From NCBI GenBank assembly GCA_037379345.1, contig CM074513.1, forward strand, positions 34,344,885 through 34,408,884: DNA of 64,000 nucleotides, in the 5' to 3' direction. Of the stretch, positions 50,709 to 64,000 are shown piece by piece. The DNA comes from Perna viridis. Its lineage: Eukaryota. The notes below the pieces were generated by a model. The model saw only the letters and a list, made by a program, of their open reading frames with translations, was not told where the DNA came from and searched no databases. A program made the translations under genes and the position numbers. Within the stretch, counting starts at the first letter, position 1. Each line of letters begins with the position of its first letter.

Positions 50709-51231
50709 GACCCCTGCAGGTCCGGGTGTCAAAAGAATAGGCCTACAGCAGCGCTAAGCTTGTCGTAAAAGGCGACTAAATAGTGCTCAGAACCATAGCC
50801 GGGGGCTAGGGCGCTCTGCCCACAGGGCAACTGGGTTGTGTGCCCCAGGTGGTGGAATGGGGTACCCCTGGTGTGTTACATGCTGGGGTTGTCAGGCTAT
50901 AATACGGAAAACCTGACCGCAAACCATAGTGGTGCACCGTGTTGGGAAAGATGCCACGTTCCTCGCACGTTAAAGAACCCTACTGTGTTATTCGGTATTC
51001 TCCCGGAGTAGGAACCATAGGGCTCCGCCACATGAGGCTAAATTGCCCGACCCTACCACCTCTCCCTATTTCCAGTGGCAATCAAAATTCGTCGATCCCA
51101 TTGTCCTTGTGTCCCATCCCTTTTTCATTTCATCATCATTTCATGTTCATTTTATCATCAATTTCATGTCCATCGTCTGAATATAGCTGAAATATTGCTG
51201 CTCGGACGTTAAACCCCAACAAACAAACAAA
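50709..51231 (+). mobile_element. SINE-like retroposon, apparently full length
   Basis: Exact 12-bp TSD CTTTTTGTCCCC (50697-50708, 51232-51243); (CAAA)n tail; central GCACGTTAAAGAACCC motif. Confidence 0.9.
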
Positions 51232-53825
51232 CTTTTTGTCCCCTCCTTTATTATTAGTTCAAAGTCAACCCCCCACCCCCATAACAATCCTAGCGATCCT
51301 TTAGTGGTATGTCACCTTTCAGTACGATTTAAAAAATGAATTCATAAGTATATACTGAACTTATTGTCCCGATATGATGAAAATGCTCGTTTCTCGGTCC
51401 GCCTTTTGTAAACGGTTCAAGGAAATCAGTCCCATATATACCTTGGTGGTATGGCACCAAATGGTACAGTTTCAAAGAGATCCATTCACTTGGTCAAGTT
51501 ATTGCATGAAAGTGCTTCATTCTGATCCTATATCTTATTCAAGTCACGATCCCCAAAATAAATTCTAGGTTTCCATTCGTGGTATAGCGCCTTGTATGAT
51601 TTCTAAAGATCTTTTCACCTATTACTTAATTAAGTAATGTCCGGACATGAAATGAATTATGAAATGACGACCTTTTGGCAAGTGTTATACTGTTTCTTAG
51701 GACAAAGAAAAGTAACTTTCGAACAGATAATATTTAATTATTCAATTTATTCCTTTTATGAATCTGTGACGCAATTACAGTTCAAGTAGTAATTTTTGAA
51801 TGACAAACGTTTTGTAAATCTATCAGAATGATTTATTTCATGTTTAGAAAATCAGAAACTTATACATATATTTTCTTGTTACTAATTGTGATATTTTGTT
51901 ACAGGGTTTATTTCTAAATGCTTCATAATAAACTATCCAGAACCTTACAACATTGTGTCGACTATTTAATGCCTAACATAGTGCGATTACACATGTACAC
52001 GTGTATTACAATCTTAAAGCATTCACTGCAATACAGTGGATAAGGTACGAATGTGCACGGTTATAATAAAGTACATAAGTGAAAGAAATATCGGATATTG
52101 TAATCGTATAAACCACTGTGTCACTTAATCTTGAATCTAAAGATACATGATTTGAGTGTTTGTAAACAAAAGGGAAACGAAAAATAGACACGTACTATAT
52201 CGGTTTTTCATCTCGCCCAACCTGTTCCACTCAACCGAATTTATTGTGTCATATATCAATAGAATCGGAATGAAATAAGGAATATATCTGTGTCTGGCAA
52301 ACAATTGAGGGATAATGGAATAAAATAATCTTTCGCCGACTTCGACAGATTAACATATTTCACCGTACAACACATTTCTAATACGATTTTCCTGGCTAAT
52401 CTGACCTTTTATTTTTTTTCCAGCAAAATTTGGGACAAATACATTAATACAAATTGTCTTGTAAAATTTTAACAAATTTGGTTGCGATTAACAGGTCGGG
52501 CAAAAGCATTTTATAGTTGAGTTGAAAGGTGTCAGGAAATGATCACGTGATTCACTAGGAGAAATCCCTATAAATCGAAAGTAGAAAAATCGCGTATTTT
52601 AAAACTTGTTTTATCAAACAAATCTCATAGAAAACGTATAATAGCAATTTCAGTCATTTCAAAACAGTTTTACTGCAGAATGCAACTGAAAAGATTTTTT
52701 TAATTTCACTTAAAACGGCCTTAACCGTCCTGTGTTGCTGGAAGTAATCGGAAACCTGCGGCTATTATATCCAATGAGAAACCTTCTTACAAAATCTTGA
52801 TAAAAGAATTCATTTGCATATTCAAAGGATTCTGTAAACTAATTTGCATACAAAATTGATTTTTTTGACAATGCGTCACAAAATTGAAAATTTGTAGCAT
52901 TTTGTTAATCTGAATTCATTTTTGTTGAACAAAATTCACTTTCGTCTGATGAACATTTGCCAGGTAGTCAATTAGATCAAGTCTGTTTTAAATGTGTTTT
53001 ATTTTTCTGTAAAATGATTTGGTTTTATTTATTTTATTCGTTGAAAAATGCACTTTTTAAAATTAATTGAAAACAAGACTTACCATAAAGTTTCCGACAA
53101 ATTTGTTACATGTATTTATTTTTTCTTTTCTTATTCAAATCCTTCTTGTATTTGCGATGTTGTTTACCATTTTAAAATTTCAACATGATTTAAAAAAACA
53201 GTACCAGGTACCTTGATTGGAAACATCACATGTTTTGTTTCTCGTTTTTAAGTCGCTAATGCATGTATTGTATTCGTAATTTTAGTACTTTACATTTACA
53301 TAATATATTACTACACCACATTATGCTGCGGATCGTTGCCGTGATTACCGTCAATTTTAGCTTCACATGGGGTCAAAATGTACTTCTGAAATATATACAT
53401 GTGTTCTACGTGTGTTTTTGCTGGTATGAGAACGGGAAGTTTACACTATAAGATGAAATGATCGGTAATAGCATTGAAATTATTGCAATATTACCCAGTT
53501 TCCGATTCAGACACAGAGGCTCGTTACAACTGACTATATAGGTCATAAACATTATAAGGGCCCCGACTAGCGGAAGTCACCCGATTTTAGAGCATATCGC
53601 ATTCGTGCCATTTCGGATGTTGAAAGCAAGCCAAAATCAGTGGCATAGAATATTTGACGGTTAGCGACTTTGAAGACCGGTATTTGATTTGATCTAGTTA
53701 CGATATATTTCTTTCTCGAATGCCAGTGCAAAGTGACAAAATAATATTTAGTACATAACACATATTTTATCAATATTCTAAAGCACACTACACATTATTA
53801 TTCACGATTTGTTTTATCTGTTTAG

Positions 53826-54079
53826 GTGTACTTCGTGTCCCTGAAAACTGTGTCAGATTCAAGAAGGTCTCTGTTAATACGCGCATCATCAATCCAGAGC
53901 AGATCCAACCAGTGGTAGATATCAATGCATGTGCACAGAAATGTTGGGATTTGGTATTCTGTTTTATGTTTAGCGTTGACCTCAACATTGGCTTTAACAC
54001 GCTAGAATGTTCACTCAGTGACAAAAACTTTGCAACAGCAGCATCGTTGACCTCAGAACTTTTCAAAATACAAAATTAG
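53826..54079 (+). CDS. Gene 2 terminal exon, PAN/Apple domain
   Basis: TGTTTAG acceptor, phase 1; ...INACAQKCWDLVFCFMFSVDLNIGFNTLECSLSDK...QN* fits the CxxxC...C..F...C.L PAN pattern. Absent from the ORF track because it has no early start codon. Linkage to the 39746 donor is inferred from phase. Confidence 0.7.
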
Positions 54080-55698
54080 ACTTAAAGTGTGAATTAGTGT
54101 TTACTTACTTTTTACACAACACGTTCTATTCAAAGTTCGGCTAGGTCCTATACGGGTCATCATTACTATCTATCAGGTGGAGTTATATTGTGGTGACCAG
54201 AATGGCCAGAAGTAAAACCCATTAAAATGCTCAGAGCGTTCACATGTGAATAGTGTCAAACTGACTTAAATATTGAATCAATTGCAGTTTCTTGTGAATA
54301 TGAATGTGAATATGAATCATTCACGTGTTACATTTTAATGTCACGTTCCAACTATTCATTACTAAATCGCATGGAAACAAATGCGCATTCACTATCTATA
54401 AGCAATAGACAGAGTATTCAATACAGCGACTAAGCAAAAGGGTGTGTGTGTGTGTGGGGTGGGGGGGGGGCATATGAGCTTATTGCTTGGCATCCGTCGT
54501 TGTCCGTTGTGGTCCATATTTGTCCGTGGTTGTTAACCTATTTCGAAACTATTCACCTCTGACAATACTTGACTAATTAATGCGCATTCAATATGAATAA
54601 AAGCGTTATTATTTAATGATGATTCTAATGCGCAATACCCGTGAACGAGGTATAATTCGCATATTAAGAATGACATCGAGAAATAATTTTTAAAATGCCG
54701 TATTCACTAAACTAGAATGCACAATCTAATAGCTTTGGGAAGACTAAATGTATCAATGTCAATTTGAAAATACGCATTAGTTTCGTTAGGGAAATTTTGA
54801 AAAAATCTATGATGCGGCGGAGAATATTTGAGGAAAACGTCAACGTTGGTTTACTCTCCCACTTGATAATACTTGGGTCCGCCTGTTGAATCTTATTTAA
54901 ATTATATAACCCTTTGGGTTAAAAACCATGTTTGATACCAATGTCTGATTGAAAATGAATCTTATATAACGTACTTCCTAGTCCTCAAATTAAGTATAGC
55001 TAGTGAAATAGCCACTACAACCGAAAGGTCAGAAGGACGAAAAAATTCTTTATAAACTTTTCAGCAGAAACAACGCCAATTTCTATCGTCCTTGTAAAAT
55101 GCAATAAATGTTTTATACAGTACACCTGCTCACACCATAGACAATTCATCTATTCAACTTCATTCAATGTAAGATTTATGTACTGTTTTCATAGTATTTT
55201 AGCATGATAGACACAATAATATAGTTGCATCCTGTTAAAAGCCACATCCCAATATTTCAAACTTTTTGATAAAAATATTCGTATTTTTATCAATTTAGAT
55301 CGAGGATCAGAATTGATATAGCAGTCACCAGAGCCTTTAGATTTGTAATACCTGATGGCAATTATCTTACACTGCCGCAGTAAAATAATCCCATTGAGAT
55401 ACCCCATATAGGTTTAAATGCAGATAGTGAGATCCATTTTGTAGGTATTTCTAGCATATCGAATTTAATTCTATGTTATTTACGCCAATAAACAAACCCA
55501 ATGAACATTTTTTTCTGCGAACTTAATATGCTGATTAATTAGAAATGTACATGTACATTTGTATTGACAACGATTCAATTAAAAATAGTTGACCTCTAAT
55601 CTCTTATCAGTACCTGTTTATTTCCATGCAATTAACCGTTCACTGACGATATATTAAAGTTGTCTCTTTATTTAGACGCATAATATAGATAGAAATGA

Positions 55699-55954
55699 TG
55701 ATGATTGGGGTTTTTAACGACCTTGAATACCAATACAGGCCTCTCACGGTCGATGTTAGTGGGTTAGGAGAACCAGCTGGTGTTGGTGGCGGAGCCCAAC
55801 CTTCGGGATAACTGACCGAAGAACTCGGTCAGAGTATGTCCTACTAGCGGCTGGGCTGCTGTGTTGACGCTCTGGCCTACACCCAGACCCCACGTTGGTC
55901 CGAGAGCGTTTCCTCACTGTAACTTTAACTGGGAGTACGTCAACATGTAGAGCG
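55699..55954 (-). mobile_element. Second SINE/LINE-tail family, probably 5'-truncated
   Basis: Exact 12-bp TSD AGATAGAAATGA (55687-55698, 55955-55966); GC-rich body ending CGTTAAAAACCCCAATCATCA on the - strand. Confidence 0.75.
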
Positions 55955-57384
55955 AGATAGAAATGAAAACCTGCGAGGCTATAAATAGTCGGAGTGCTAA
56001 AGCTGTCTTCTGATATTTCATGCAGGCCCTGGCGGATCCAAATATTTACAAAAAGGTGCAGTGGATCCGATCAAGAAACTTATAATAAGAAAGGGGTTTC
56101 ATGCTATCATTAGCCACTCATTTTTTTGTCAAATGCTTTACAAAAGAGTAGTATAATACCCGCAAAACCATCCCGATGAATCACTCACTGTATCGTGTGT
56201 TTTTATCACGGTTACCGCCTCATGACATCGGAAGCCCGGTGATGACAAATAAAAATAAAATTTTGCTTAGACGATGGCATAAGAATTTTGATAATGCATT
56301 TCTCGGGAATGGTGTCAGTCTGTGGTCTGGTGATATTGTTTTTTTTTTTTGTAATAATAATTCTATTGGGCTATTTTGGCCATGTGTAAAGAAAATAGAG
56401 CTGCAGGTGCTCCAGGACCTTCAGTGTGCATGGCTAGTGTTGTCGGCACCATACATAATTGGAATTATATTTTAAGACTTTGGCTTTTATGTTCATGTAC
56501 GTGTGCCTGGAACTATATGCATAAGAAACTGAGCACTTTAATTGACACATAGGTGATTATGCGATAACTTATTGCACTTGAGCTATAAAGCTTATATCAA
56601 CTGAGGAATGTAGATAGTTGAAAGGAGCGTGTATCCAAGGACTTATCTCAGTGATTGTGGCGGCTTAAATTTGAATGATTTAAGAGACATTTTAGACCTG
56701 GAGGTCGATACATTGAATTACGACTTGAAAATATTTAGATACTGAGAGAGGCCAACTAGTAGTTTGTAGCTCAATCACGCAGTATGTCTGAGAGTTTGGT
56801 ATTCATTCATCTAGGTGTTCCATGCACAGGGGCTTGCTCCCCTATCAAATATGCAGCCCAACTGATTAAATATAGTGGGACTTCATATTTGATAGTGGGA
56901 GCAAGCCCCAGTGTTCTATGTAAACCGACATCGAATCTGAATAATACGCAAACGCACTGCTACGATGCATTATGAAATTGGTGTGTGTTTTTGTAATGTC
57001 CTTCGTTATCAGAATGGTGAATTTAAAAATAAAATCAGAGTTCAACATTAACTATTTACAACAGTAAGCTTATGTTTAGATACGTTTGGATTCAACCCCC
57101 GTACTTATTTTTTATTCCATTTTTCTGCAATTTGACGATTATTTGAGGTATAAAAATTCAAACGATCGATATTAATTGAGTCAGTACATGAGTACCTTGA
57201 TTCTTATACTTGCTTAACCTAATCCATTTCAAAGGTAGAATATTTATTTAAATATTTGTATTCCTAATGAAAATTTTTAAATTATCAATAAACTTAATAT
57301 GATAATTTTGCAAGCTTGAACAGGCTTTAATTCAAAATTCCAACAGAGTTACTAATATTCTGTCTCTTGTATGTAATGCTGCAC

Positions 57385-57933
57385 ATTATTAGCTATTGCC
57401 TTCACTTGGCATCCATCGTTGTCCCTTGTTGTTAACTTTTTTTCAAAACTATTCTCCTCTGACACTACTTGACCAATTACCATCAAATCTGGTATGAATG
57501 TTCTTTAGGGTATTTTCCGTAGAATTAAAGGGGTGATTTTTGATCTGTCAAAAACCATGGCCACCATTACTAAAAATAGAACACAGTGATCTGGCAGAAG
57601 TTTTTATCACATATATCTCCAAAACTAAGGTTAAGCCAAATTCTGAAGTAGGGTAAAAATGTTCAGCATGATGAGATCTATCTGTGGTCAAATTTTAAGC
57701 CATGTTGGAGATATTGCCCTTTTTCAATGTTTTTTTGGCTATTTTTAATGTTATTACTATAAAATAATTCTCCTCTGAAACTACAGGACAGAATTTAATG
57801 AAAATTGATATAATTGTTCCTTAGGTATGAGCATTAGGAATTTGTATCCAAGAAAAAACATTGCTGCTTTTACAAAAATATAATGTCACTTATTGAGCCA
57901 GGTAAGATATTTAGGCTCTGAAGAGCATCTAGT
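57385..57933 (+). mobile_element. Helentron-associated non-autonomous (HINE-like) element
   Basis: TTAGC start, CCATCGTTGTCC microrepeat, two internal units starting ATTCTCCTCTGA, 3' CAGGT...GGCTCTGAAGAGC..CTAGTT palindrome; related partial copy at ~54474-54580. Confidence 0.5.
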
Positions 57934-58875
57934 TATTTCCAATGACTTAAACAATAAATCTTCAAAATTTTCAATTATAATTTAAAAAAAAAATAAATCA
58001 ACAATGTCATTGCAAAACGATCAGTTTATTTGGGAATTCAAAGAGAACGCTATATAATAAGACTACATGAAATACCAGCCAAAAAGTTCCCGCCATTAAT
58101 CCAGCAGATAAATACATCTTTTAGGTAAACAGTGAAGCCAAACCCTGGATAGACAAGATTCACTGCAGTTCACTGGACAATAGTCCATCACCATAATGAG
58201 ATCAATTAATACTCAAAGATATCACAACATACTGTTCTACATTTATTACCTGAACACAAAAATGTAAAGGAAAACTGAAAACTCAATGAGTAATGCTAGT
58301 ACATGCTATATTATGCTTCAAGGTGAAATAGATCAAAAGAAAAGTGACACAAAATATTTATTCATTTTCCTTAAAAACAATACACAATGTTATTAAGGTT
58401 TATGATAAATAATAATTCCTTTATTCAAAGAGATTCTGATAAAAAAATACTTCCAATAACACATTCAAAACTCAACAAAGAGGATTATATGAAACTCGTT
58501 CAAAGATAAAGAAAAATATACTAAAAACAATACAATAAGTTTTCATGGGAAAAAAATTACCCCAATAATGTAACCGTATAAAGTTTGCCTAATCACAGAA
58601 ATTTTTGAGTTAAAGTTTATAAAAAAACATCATGTGAAATATAAAATATTTTAGATAAATGCAAACCTACCAAGAAAATGCAAAACATTATGACTAGGTA
58701 GAATAAATTTAGATGCATTTGGCATACATGAATAATTGCCCTAATTCTAAACACCGGTATAGTACAATCATGGATGTTGTACTTCCCTGGTACAACTTGA
58801 CATGAAATACTTAATATATTCATCTTCAAATTACAAAATAAAATAGTAAGGAGGAAAAGACCACAGAAGATAAAA

Positions 58876-58975
58876 TTCAAGCATAGCTCATAAGGAAAAG
58901 TTCAAGTACAGCTTATAAGGAAAAGTTCAAGCACAGCTCATAAGGAAAAGTTCAATAACAGCTCGTAAAGAAAAG
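58876..58975. repeat. 25-bp tandem repeat x4 in the probable OAT 3' UTR
   Basis: TTCAAGCACAGCTCATAAGGAAAAG units. Confidence 0.8.
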
Positions 58976-59440
58976 TAACTGTATATCATTTATTTGTTTA
59001 CTTACTGAATCTAAGGATGTTGAAAGACGTAGAAAAAATTACTTTTGAAGAATATTTTGATTAATTTTTTCAATATGACACATGATTTTCATTGATCAAT
59101 TTGTTATACAGTAACACTCCCATAGCATTGAAAGAATTCTTTAAAAAAACAAAGTTGCATGAAGATGTAGAAGCATTCAAGGAAATTTTATAAATTAATT
59201 TAACTGTTCTACAAATATGGTTTCTAAATTACCTTATCTTAATTTTGCTTGGAACTTTTCCAATTAAGCAGAATTTATGCCCTTTAAAACATGTCTTCAA
59301 ATCTTCTAACTTTCCAATCAGTAAGACATGAACTAACATACTCTGCATGTGAACATATATTTAGTGAATAATCAACATGTAATTTCAGTAGCAATATGTT
59401 CTCATTACTCCACAAACTGAAACATGATGGAACAGTCCAT

Positions 59441-59604
59441 TTATTGAAAGCTCATAATGGTTGATTTAATGATATCAATAGATTCCATCATCTGTTCCTC
59501 AGACATGACAAGAGGTGGAGCAAACCTAATGATGTCTCCGTGGGTAGGTTTAGCCAGGAGTCCGTTGTCTCTCAGTCTCAGACATACTTCCCAGGCATCC
59601 CAAT
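59441..59604 (-). CDS. OAT: Ornithine aminotransferase, last coding exon
   Basis: [53 protein letters not shown]; TTTCAG acceptor. Confidence 0.95.
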
Positions 59605-60687
59605 CTGAAATAACAGAAACAGTACCAAGTCGAGTATAGATGCCAAATAATGAAGAATGACTTAATCTGAAACAGTAAAAGATACCTGGATACCTGAATA
59701 CCTGAAATCTTCATACTAATGTCCATGTTGGTCATTAAAGTGTCATTGTGTTGTTATTTGACTTGGTACAATGTAGTTTATTTTGAAGGAGCGTCATCGT
59801 TCTTTTACCATTGATTTATTACTTTTGTTGCTGGGGCCTTTCAGAGCTTACTTGAAGGTGTGTTTATACTTATTGAAGACCTTTTGGTGATCTCTGTAAG
59901 CATTTACTATTTTTATAAAGGTTATACGATGGTTAATTTGGTGTGTTTCACAATACTTGCGAAAGTACCTTAATTTGCAGATACCAATTTTCGTGATAAG
60001 GGAAGATACACAAGTTCCTGGAATCTTGAATTCATGGTTTTGAGGTTTTCAGTAAACACATCCATGAGAATCTGAGAATCTCCTTTTAGTTGGGAACCAA
60101 ATTTTGTGGTCTGGTTCAACCCTGAAAACCATGAAAATTGGCACCTCACGAACAATAGTACTTTCACAGTATCTGTTCCTTTTTCAGCTATGTTAAGTCA
60201 ATGACATTTTGCTTCCTCTCAAATTTATTTATAATCACTAGTTTACTGTAAACAACTTATTTTCATAGATAATTATTTTTGAATTTCAGAGATATCAATT
60301 TGACTTTGTTTGCTACTACCGGTATTTGTTTTTGCATCTAACACTCAGTATTACACAATGAAGGAACTTATTCGCTGTGATTTATTTTCATTATTTTTTT
60401 CTTGTTCATAAAATAAGCAAAAATAAATTGCAGGCAAAATTAAGTTGGTTTACAATAGAAGCGCTGTATCACACTTGAGTGCTTTTTCAGCTGGCAGACA
60501 ATTTTTGTAAATGTAATCCGACAATGATTTCATGCAATACAATTCCATCAGACTCAGCAATAAAGCATTAAATATCATGTAAATAATTGCATACTTTTGT
60601 TTTTTCTGTGTGCATTTTGGCAGAGTAAGTGGAGCAAACTAACATTACAATTAAATAAGATACAATAAGTAACTTCTTGAAACATAC

Positions 60688-60826
60688 TTTCATTAATGAC
60701 TATAGCATTAAGTAATCCTTTTCCTCTGACTACTTTGACAACATCTTGTGGCAGTGTGCTCAGCTCTTTACGTAATATCTGCCCTAAATTTTCAGCGTTT
60801 TCTGCTAGTTTTTCTTCTTGTAAGAC
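60688..60826 (-). CDS. OAT: Ornithine aminotransferase exon
   Basis: VLQEEKLAENAENLGQILRKELSTLPQDVVKVVRGKGLLNAIVINE; AG/GT boundaries, phase 0 to 1. Confidence 0.95.
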
Positions 60827-60852
60827 CTGCAAGATAATCAACCCATTTTTTA

Positions 60853-61056
60853 AAGAGTAATCAAGGGAACCAAGTTTTGAGCCAAAATCAAAACAATATA
60901 TTCCAAGGATAAATACTAGACAGAGAAAATAGACACACAACAAAGAACATAACCAAAATAACACATACAAAGAAACAAAAGTAAATGAGCTACCTGGACT
61001 CCATGGGCAGCATGGATGAGATGCACCGGTAGGATGACAGTCCTCCGCTTTTCTAG
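60853..61056 (-). mobile_element. Diverged Penelope-like 3' fragment in an OAT intron
   Basis: AAAGAGTAATCAAGGGAACCAAG...GCACCGGTAGG...GCTTTTCTAGA, as at 22761-22980. Confidence 0.7.
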
Positions 61057-61455
61057 ATTTATTGCTGTTGAATATCCAAGCACCAAGCCTATGGCTAAAT
61101 CTGGGCAATGAACATGATATGAATGATAAAATGAACACAAGATGATAAAGTGAAAAATACGATGGGACACAAGGACAAAAGGGTCAACAAATTTTGATTG
61201 CCAGTGGAAATAGGAAGAGGTGGGTAGGGTTGGGCAATTTAGCCTCCTGTGAAGAAGACGAGGCTCCTACTCCTCTTGATTACCACAGATGGGTTCTTTA
61301 AAGTGGCATTTTTCCTAACACAGTGCACCACTACGGTTTGAGGTCAGGTTTTCTGTATTATGGCCTGACTACCCCAGCAGGTAGGATGCCAGGTGTAGCC
61401 AATTCAACCACCACCTGAGACACACAAACCAGTTTCTCTGTGGGCAGAACACCCT
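61057..61455 (-). mobile_element. Diverged copy of the 50709 SINE family in an OAT intron
   Basis: Reverse-complement similarity (GATGGGACACAAGGACAA, GATTGCCAGTGGAAATAGG, GGTCAGGTTTTC). Confidence 0.75.
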
Positions 61456-61726
61456 GAATTTTTTATATATCTACTTTATTCAGATGGTTTTTTTTTCAGG
61501 TTTAAGCTTCTGGTACTTCACAAAAATCTTAAACTATTACAAGAAGGAACCCAATCAAACTGAAATCTGTGTCATTTCCCCTTCACTAAAAATAAATAAT
61601 CAATATTGGTCACCAAATTAAGTAGAAACTGAAACACCTAAAAAGTGCTTTTAAATAAAGTCCTAACAAATTTAGATAGATATATATCCATTCATTTTTA
61701 TTAGATTTAATGATCAAATTATATAC

Positions 61727-61840
61727 CTCCAAAGATGCTATGGCTACTTTGCAGCCCAGTGGATTTCCACCATAAGTAGAACCATGCTCTCCTGGTTTGA
61801 TGGTTAACATCACTTCATCATCTGCTAATACTGCTGATAC
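61727..61840 (-). CDS. OAT: Ornithine aminotransferase exon
   Basis: [38 protein letters not shown]. Confidence 0.95.
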
Positions 61841-62056
61841 CTTTCAGAATAAACAAATGGCAATATTTATACATTCTGAGAAGTTTGTATAATATTGATT
61901 TGTTGTGACATGCATCCTTAATTTGATCCTCTATCCTACATAACAACACCTAAATGAACTGTCCCGTACTACCGTACATTGCGTACTAAGTTACAGCCCT
62001 AGATTAAATCCTAAGAGGAGGAATGACCCGGCCAGCGAAAGCTATATTTTTATATA

Positions 62057-62211
62057 GCCTAGCTGGCCGAGTGGTTTAGGACGCTGGACTTTGTGCAGGC
62101 AGTGTTGCCATAGATGTCACAGCGGTACGAGTTCGAGTCCCACGGAGGGAATGGCCAAAAATTTGCATTGCAAATTTGACAGTTCTAACATCGTTGGGAA
62201 TTTTTCAGACC
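62057..62211 (+). mobile_element. tRNA-derived SINE
   Basis: A box TGGCCGAGTGG (62064), B box GAGTTCGAGTCC (62129); no cloverleaf; flanked by TATATA on both sides. Confidence 0.7.
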
Positions 62212-62454
62212 TATATATCAATGCCCTACCATAAAAAATCTGAATCCCAAGGCATTTGAATAATAATCAAATTTCTGAAGTACTGTGTTCTCCTCAAATG
62301 GATCAGAACAACAGATATATCTTCAACCTATTGAGAAACACTCACAAATCACTGACCATAGACAGTTCATAGATAAGTACCCTCAGACAATGCTTTCCCA
62401 AAAACTGAAAAATGACTATTATTACCTGCAGGATAAAGTCTTACATATTGCTAT

Positions 62455-62775
62455 CCCAAGAATGACCATAGATACTTACTGGAAAAGACCCCAGATAATA
62501 CTTTCCCAAGAATGACCATAGATACTTACTGGAAAAGACCCCAGATAATACTTTCCCAATGATGACCATAGATACTCACTGATAAAGACCCCCAGATAAT
62601 ACTTTCCCAAGAATGACCATAGATCCTTACTGGATAAAGACTCCCAGATAATACTTTCCCAAGAATGATCATAGATACTCACTGATAAAGACCCCCAGAT
62701 AATACTTTCCCAAGAATGACCATAGATACTTACTGGATAAAGACCTCCAGATAATGCTTTCCCAAGAATTACCAT
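62455..62775. repeat. 50-52 bp tandem repeat x6 derived from an OAT exon 3' end plus splice donor
   Basis: Units start at 62455, 62505, 62555, 62606, 62658, 62709 (CCCAAGAATGACCATAGATACTTACTGGATAAAGACCCCAGATAATACTTT). Confidence 0.92.
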
Positions 62776-62812
62776 ATCTGGTCTGACACCTTCATGTTCT
62801 ACACATAACATC
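62734..62812 (-). CDS. OAT: Ornithine aminotransferase exon with PLP-binding lysine
   Basis: [26 protein letters not shown]|GTAAGT. Confidence 0.95.
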
Positions 62813-63390
62813 CTGTTAGAGAAATCAAAATAGTTATATTATGTATAAGATATGTTAACACATGTATTTACCTTTGGAGATTTAAAAGAAGGAGATCTCC
62901 TGGAGACAGGCAAGGCAGCAGGAGACCATGGAATTTGTGATGAAATATCTGGTGGCTCAGGCCAAAAGTGGAAGAGTTAACACAAATGTATGTACAAAGT
63001 AACCTGTATATTAAATTTTGTGCTGTTTTCCTTTCTTTAAGTGTGTAGAAATAAGTTCTGCTTCTATTACATATAAGATATCACTTAGTACCGGTAGATG
63101 AAGTATAAAATAAAAATTGTACTACCGGTAAAGACAATATGTAACAAACCAATCCTGACACTTTAGCAAGAAGACTATGTATCCCAACCAAACAGTTCTC
63201 ATGAATTTTTAAGGTAATCTTAAAGGAGATATAGGTAATTTAGCTAGTTACTAGGACATGTGGTTTTGAACCCAAAATGTGTAAAGGACAACTCTTTAGA
63301 CATAAATATACAAGTATTATTCATAAAATAATGAAAAGTTCTGATGAGCTTTATGTCACTAATAAGTTCCTTCTGGGAAGAAAGCACCTA

Positions 63391-63564
<174 letters not shown>

Positions 63565-63820
63565 CTAGAAATTTAAAAGGCTGAGCTTAACTTTTTAAAA
63601 GACATCCTATGGTTGAAGAAGGGGTCTTTAAAAATAACTTTTTTTCCAAAATTACTGTAATATGTACTGGAGCTCAAGACAAAAGAGTGAATCACTTAAT
63701 TCACACAGTTCATATAGACAGAAGAAATCCACTTTTTTCAGAAATAAATCTGGCAAAAAATATTTGTTCATATTTGAAATCTAATGACTGAATAAAAATT
63801 AGTACCTAACTTGTTCTTAC

Positions 63821-64000
63821 CTCAAGTGCTCCTAAATCATCATAAGGTACCAAAGACAACCCTGGCATGTATGGCCCATATCCAGCATAACTAGATGGAT
63901 CAGTTGATGATGAGATGGCAGCTAATGTTCGACCCCAGAAATTTCCAGCAGCAAATACAGTCTTGGCCTGGTTACTTGGAACCTTTTTAACTTGATAAGC
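63821..64000 (-). CDS. OAT: Ornithine aminotransferase exon (runs off the window)
   Basis: [60 protein letters not shown]|GTAAGA. Confidence 0.95.

Noticed and set aside
62057-62150. tRNA gene
   Set aside because: A and B boxes are present but there is no acceptor stem or anticodon arm; it continues into a SINE body.

Overview
AT-rich, intron-containing animal genomic DNA. The repeat repertoire suggests a bivalve such as an oyster (inference). Three host genes can be spliced by hand with GT-AG boundaries and consistent phases. (1) A + strand type II membrane mucin, ATG 20103 to stop 28724, with an SEA-like domain N-terminal of its only transmembrane helix. (2) A + strand secreted protein, 36711-54079: signal peptide, LamG/ConA-like domain, Thr-rich stalk, PAN/Apple domain. 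(3) The 3' part of ornithine aminotransferase (OAT) on the - strand, 59441 to beyond 64000. The standout is a visibly GC-rich 6585-bp insertion (43736-50320) inside the last intron of gene 2. It has AGTAGT...ACTACT termini, ~100-bp terminal inverted repeats and a perfect 6-bp target-site duplication (TCAGTA). It is an internally deleted Maverick/Polinton (adintovirus-like) endogenous virus. It holds broken remnants of protein-primed PolB, a Zn-finger-PLA2-integrase fusion gene, an A32-like packaging ATPase and a double-jelly-roll capsid. It also has an iteron-like 22-bp repeat array around a perfect 21-bp hairpin and a candidate minimal hammerhead ribozyme beside the right TIR. The rest is Penelope-like retroelement fragments, SINEs with TSDs, foldback/MITE elements and Helentron-like repeats. 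All family calls come from motif recognition by eye; no searches were run.
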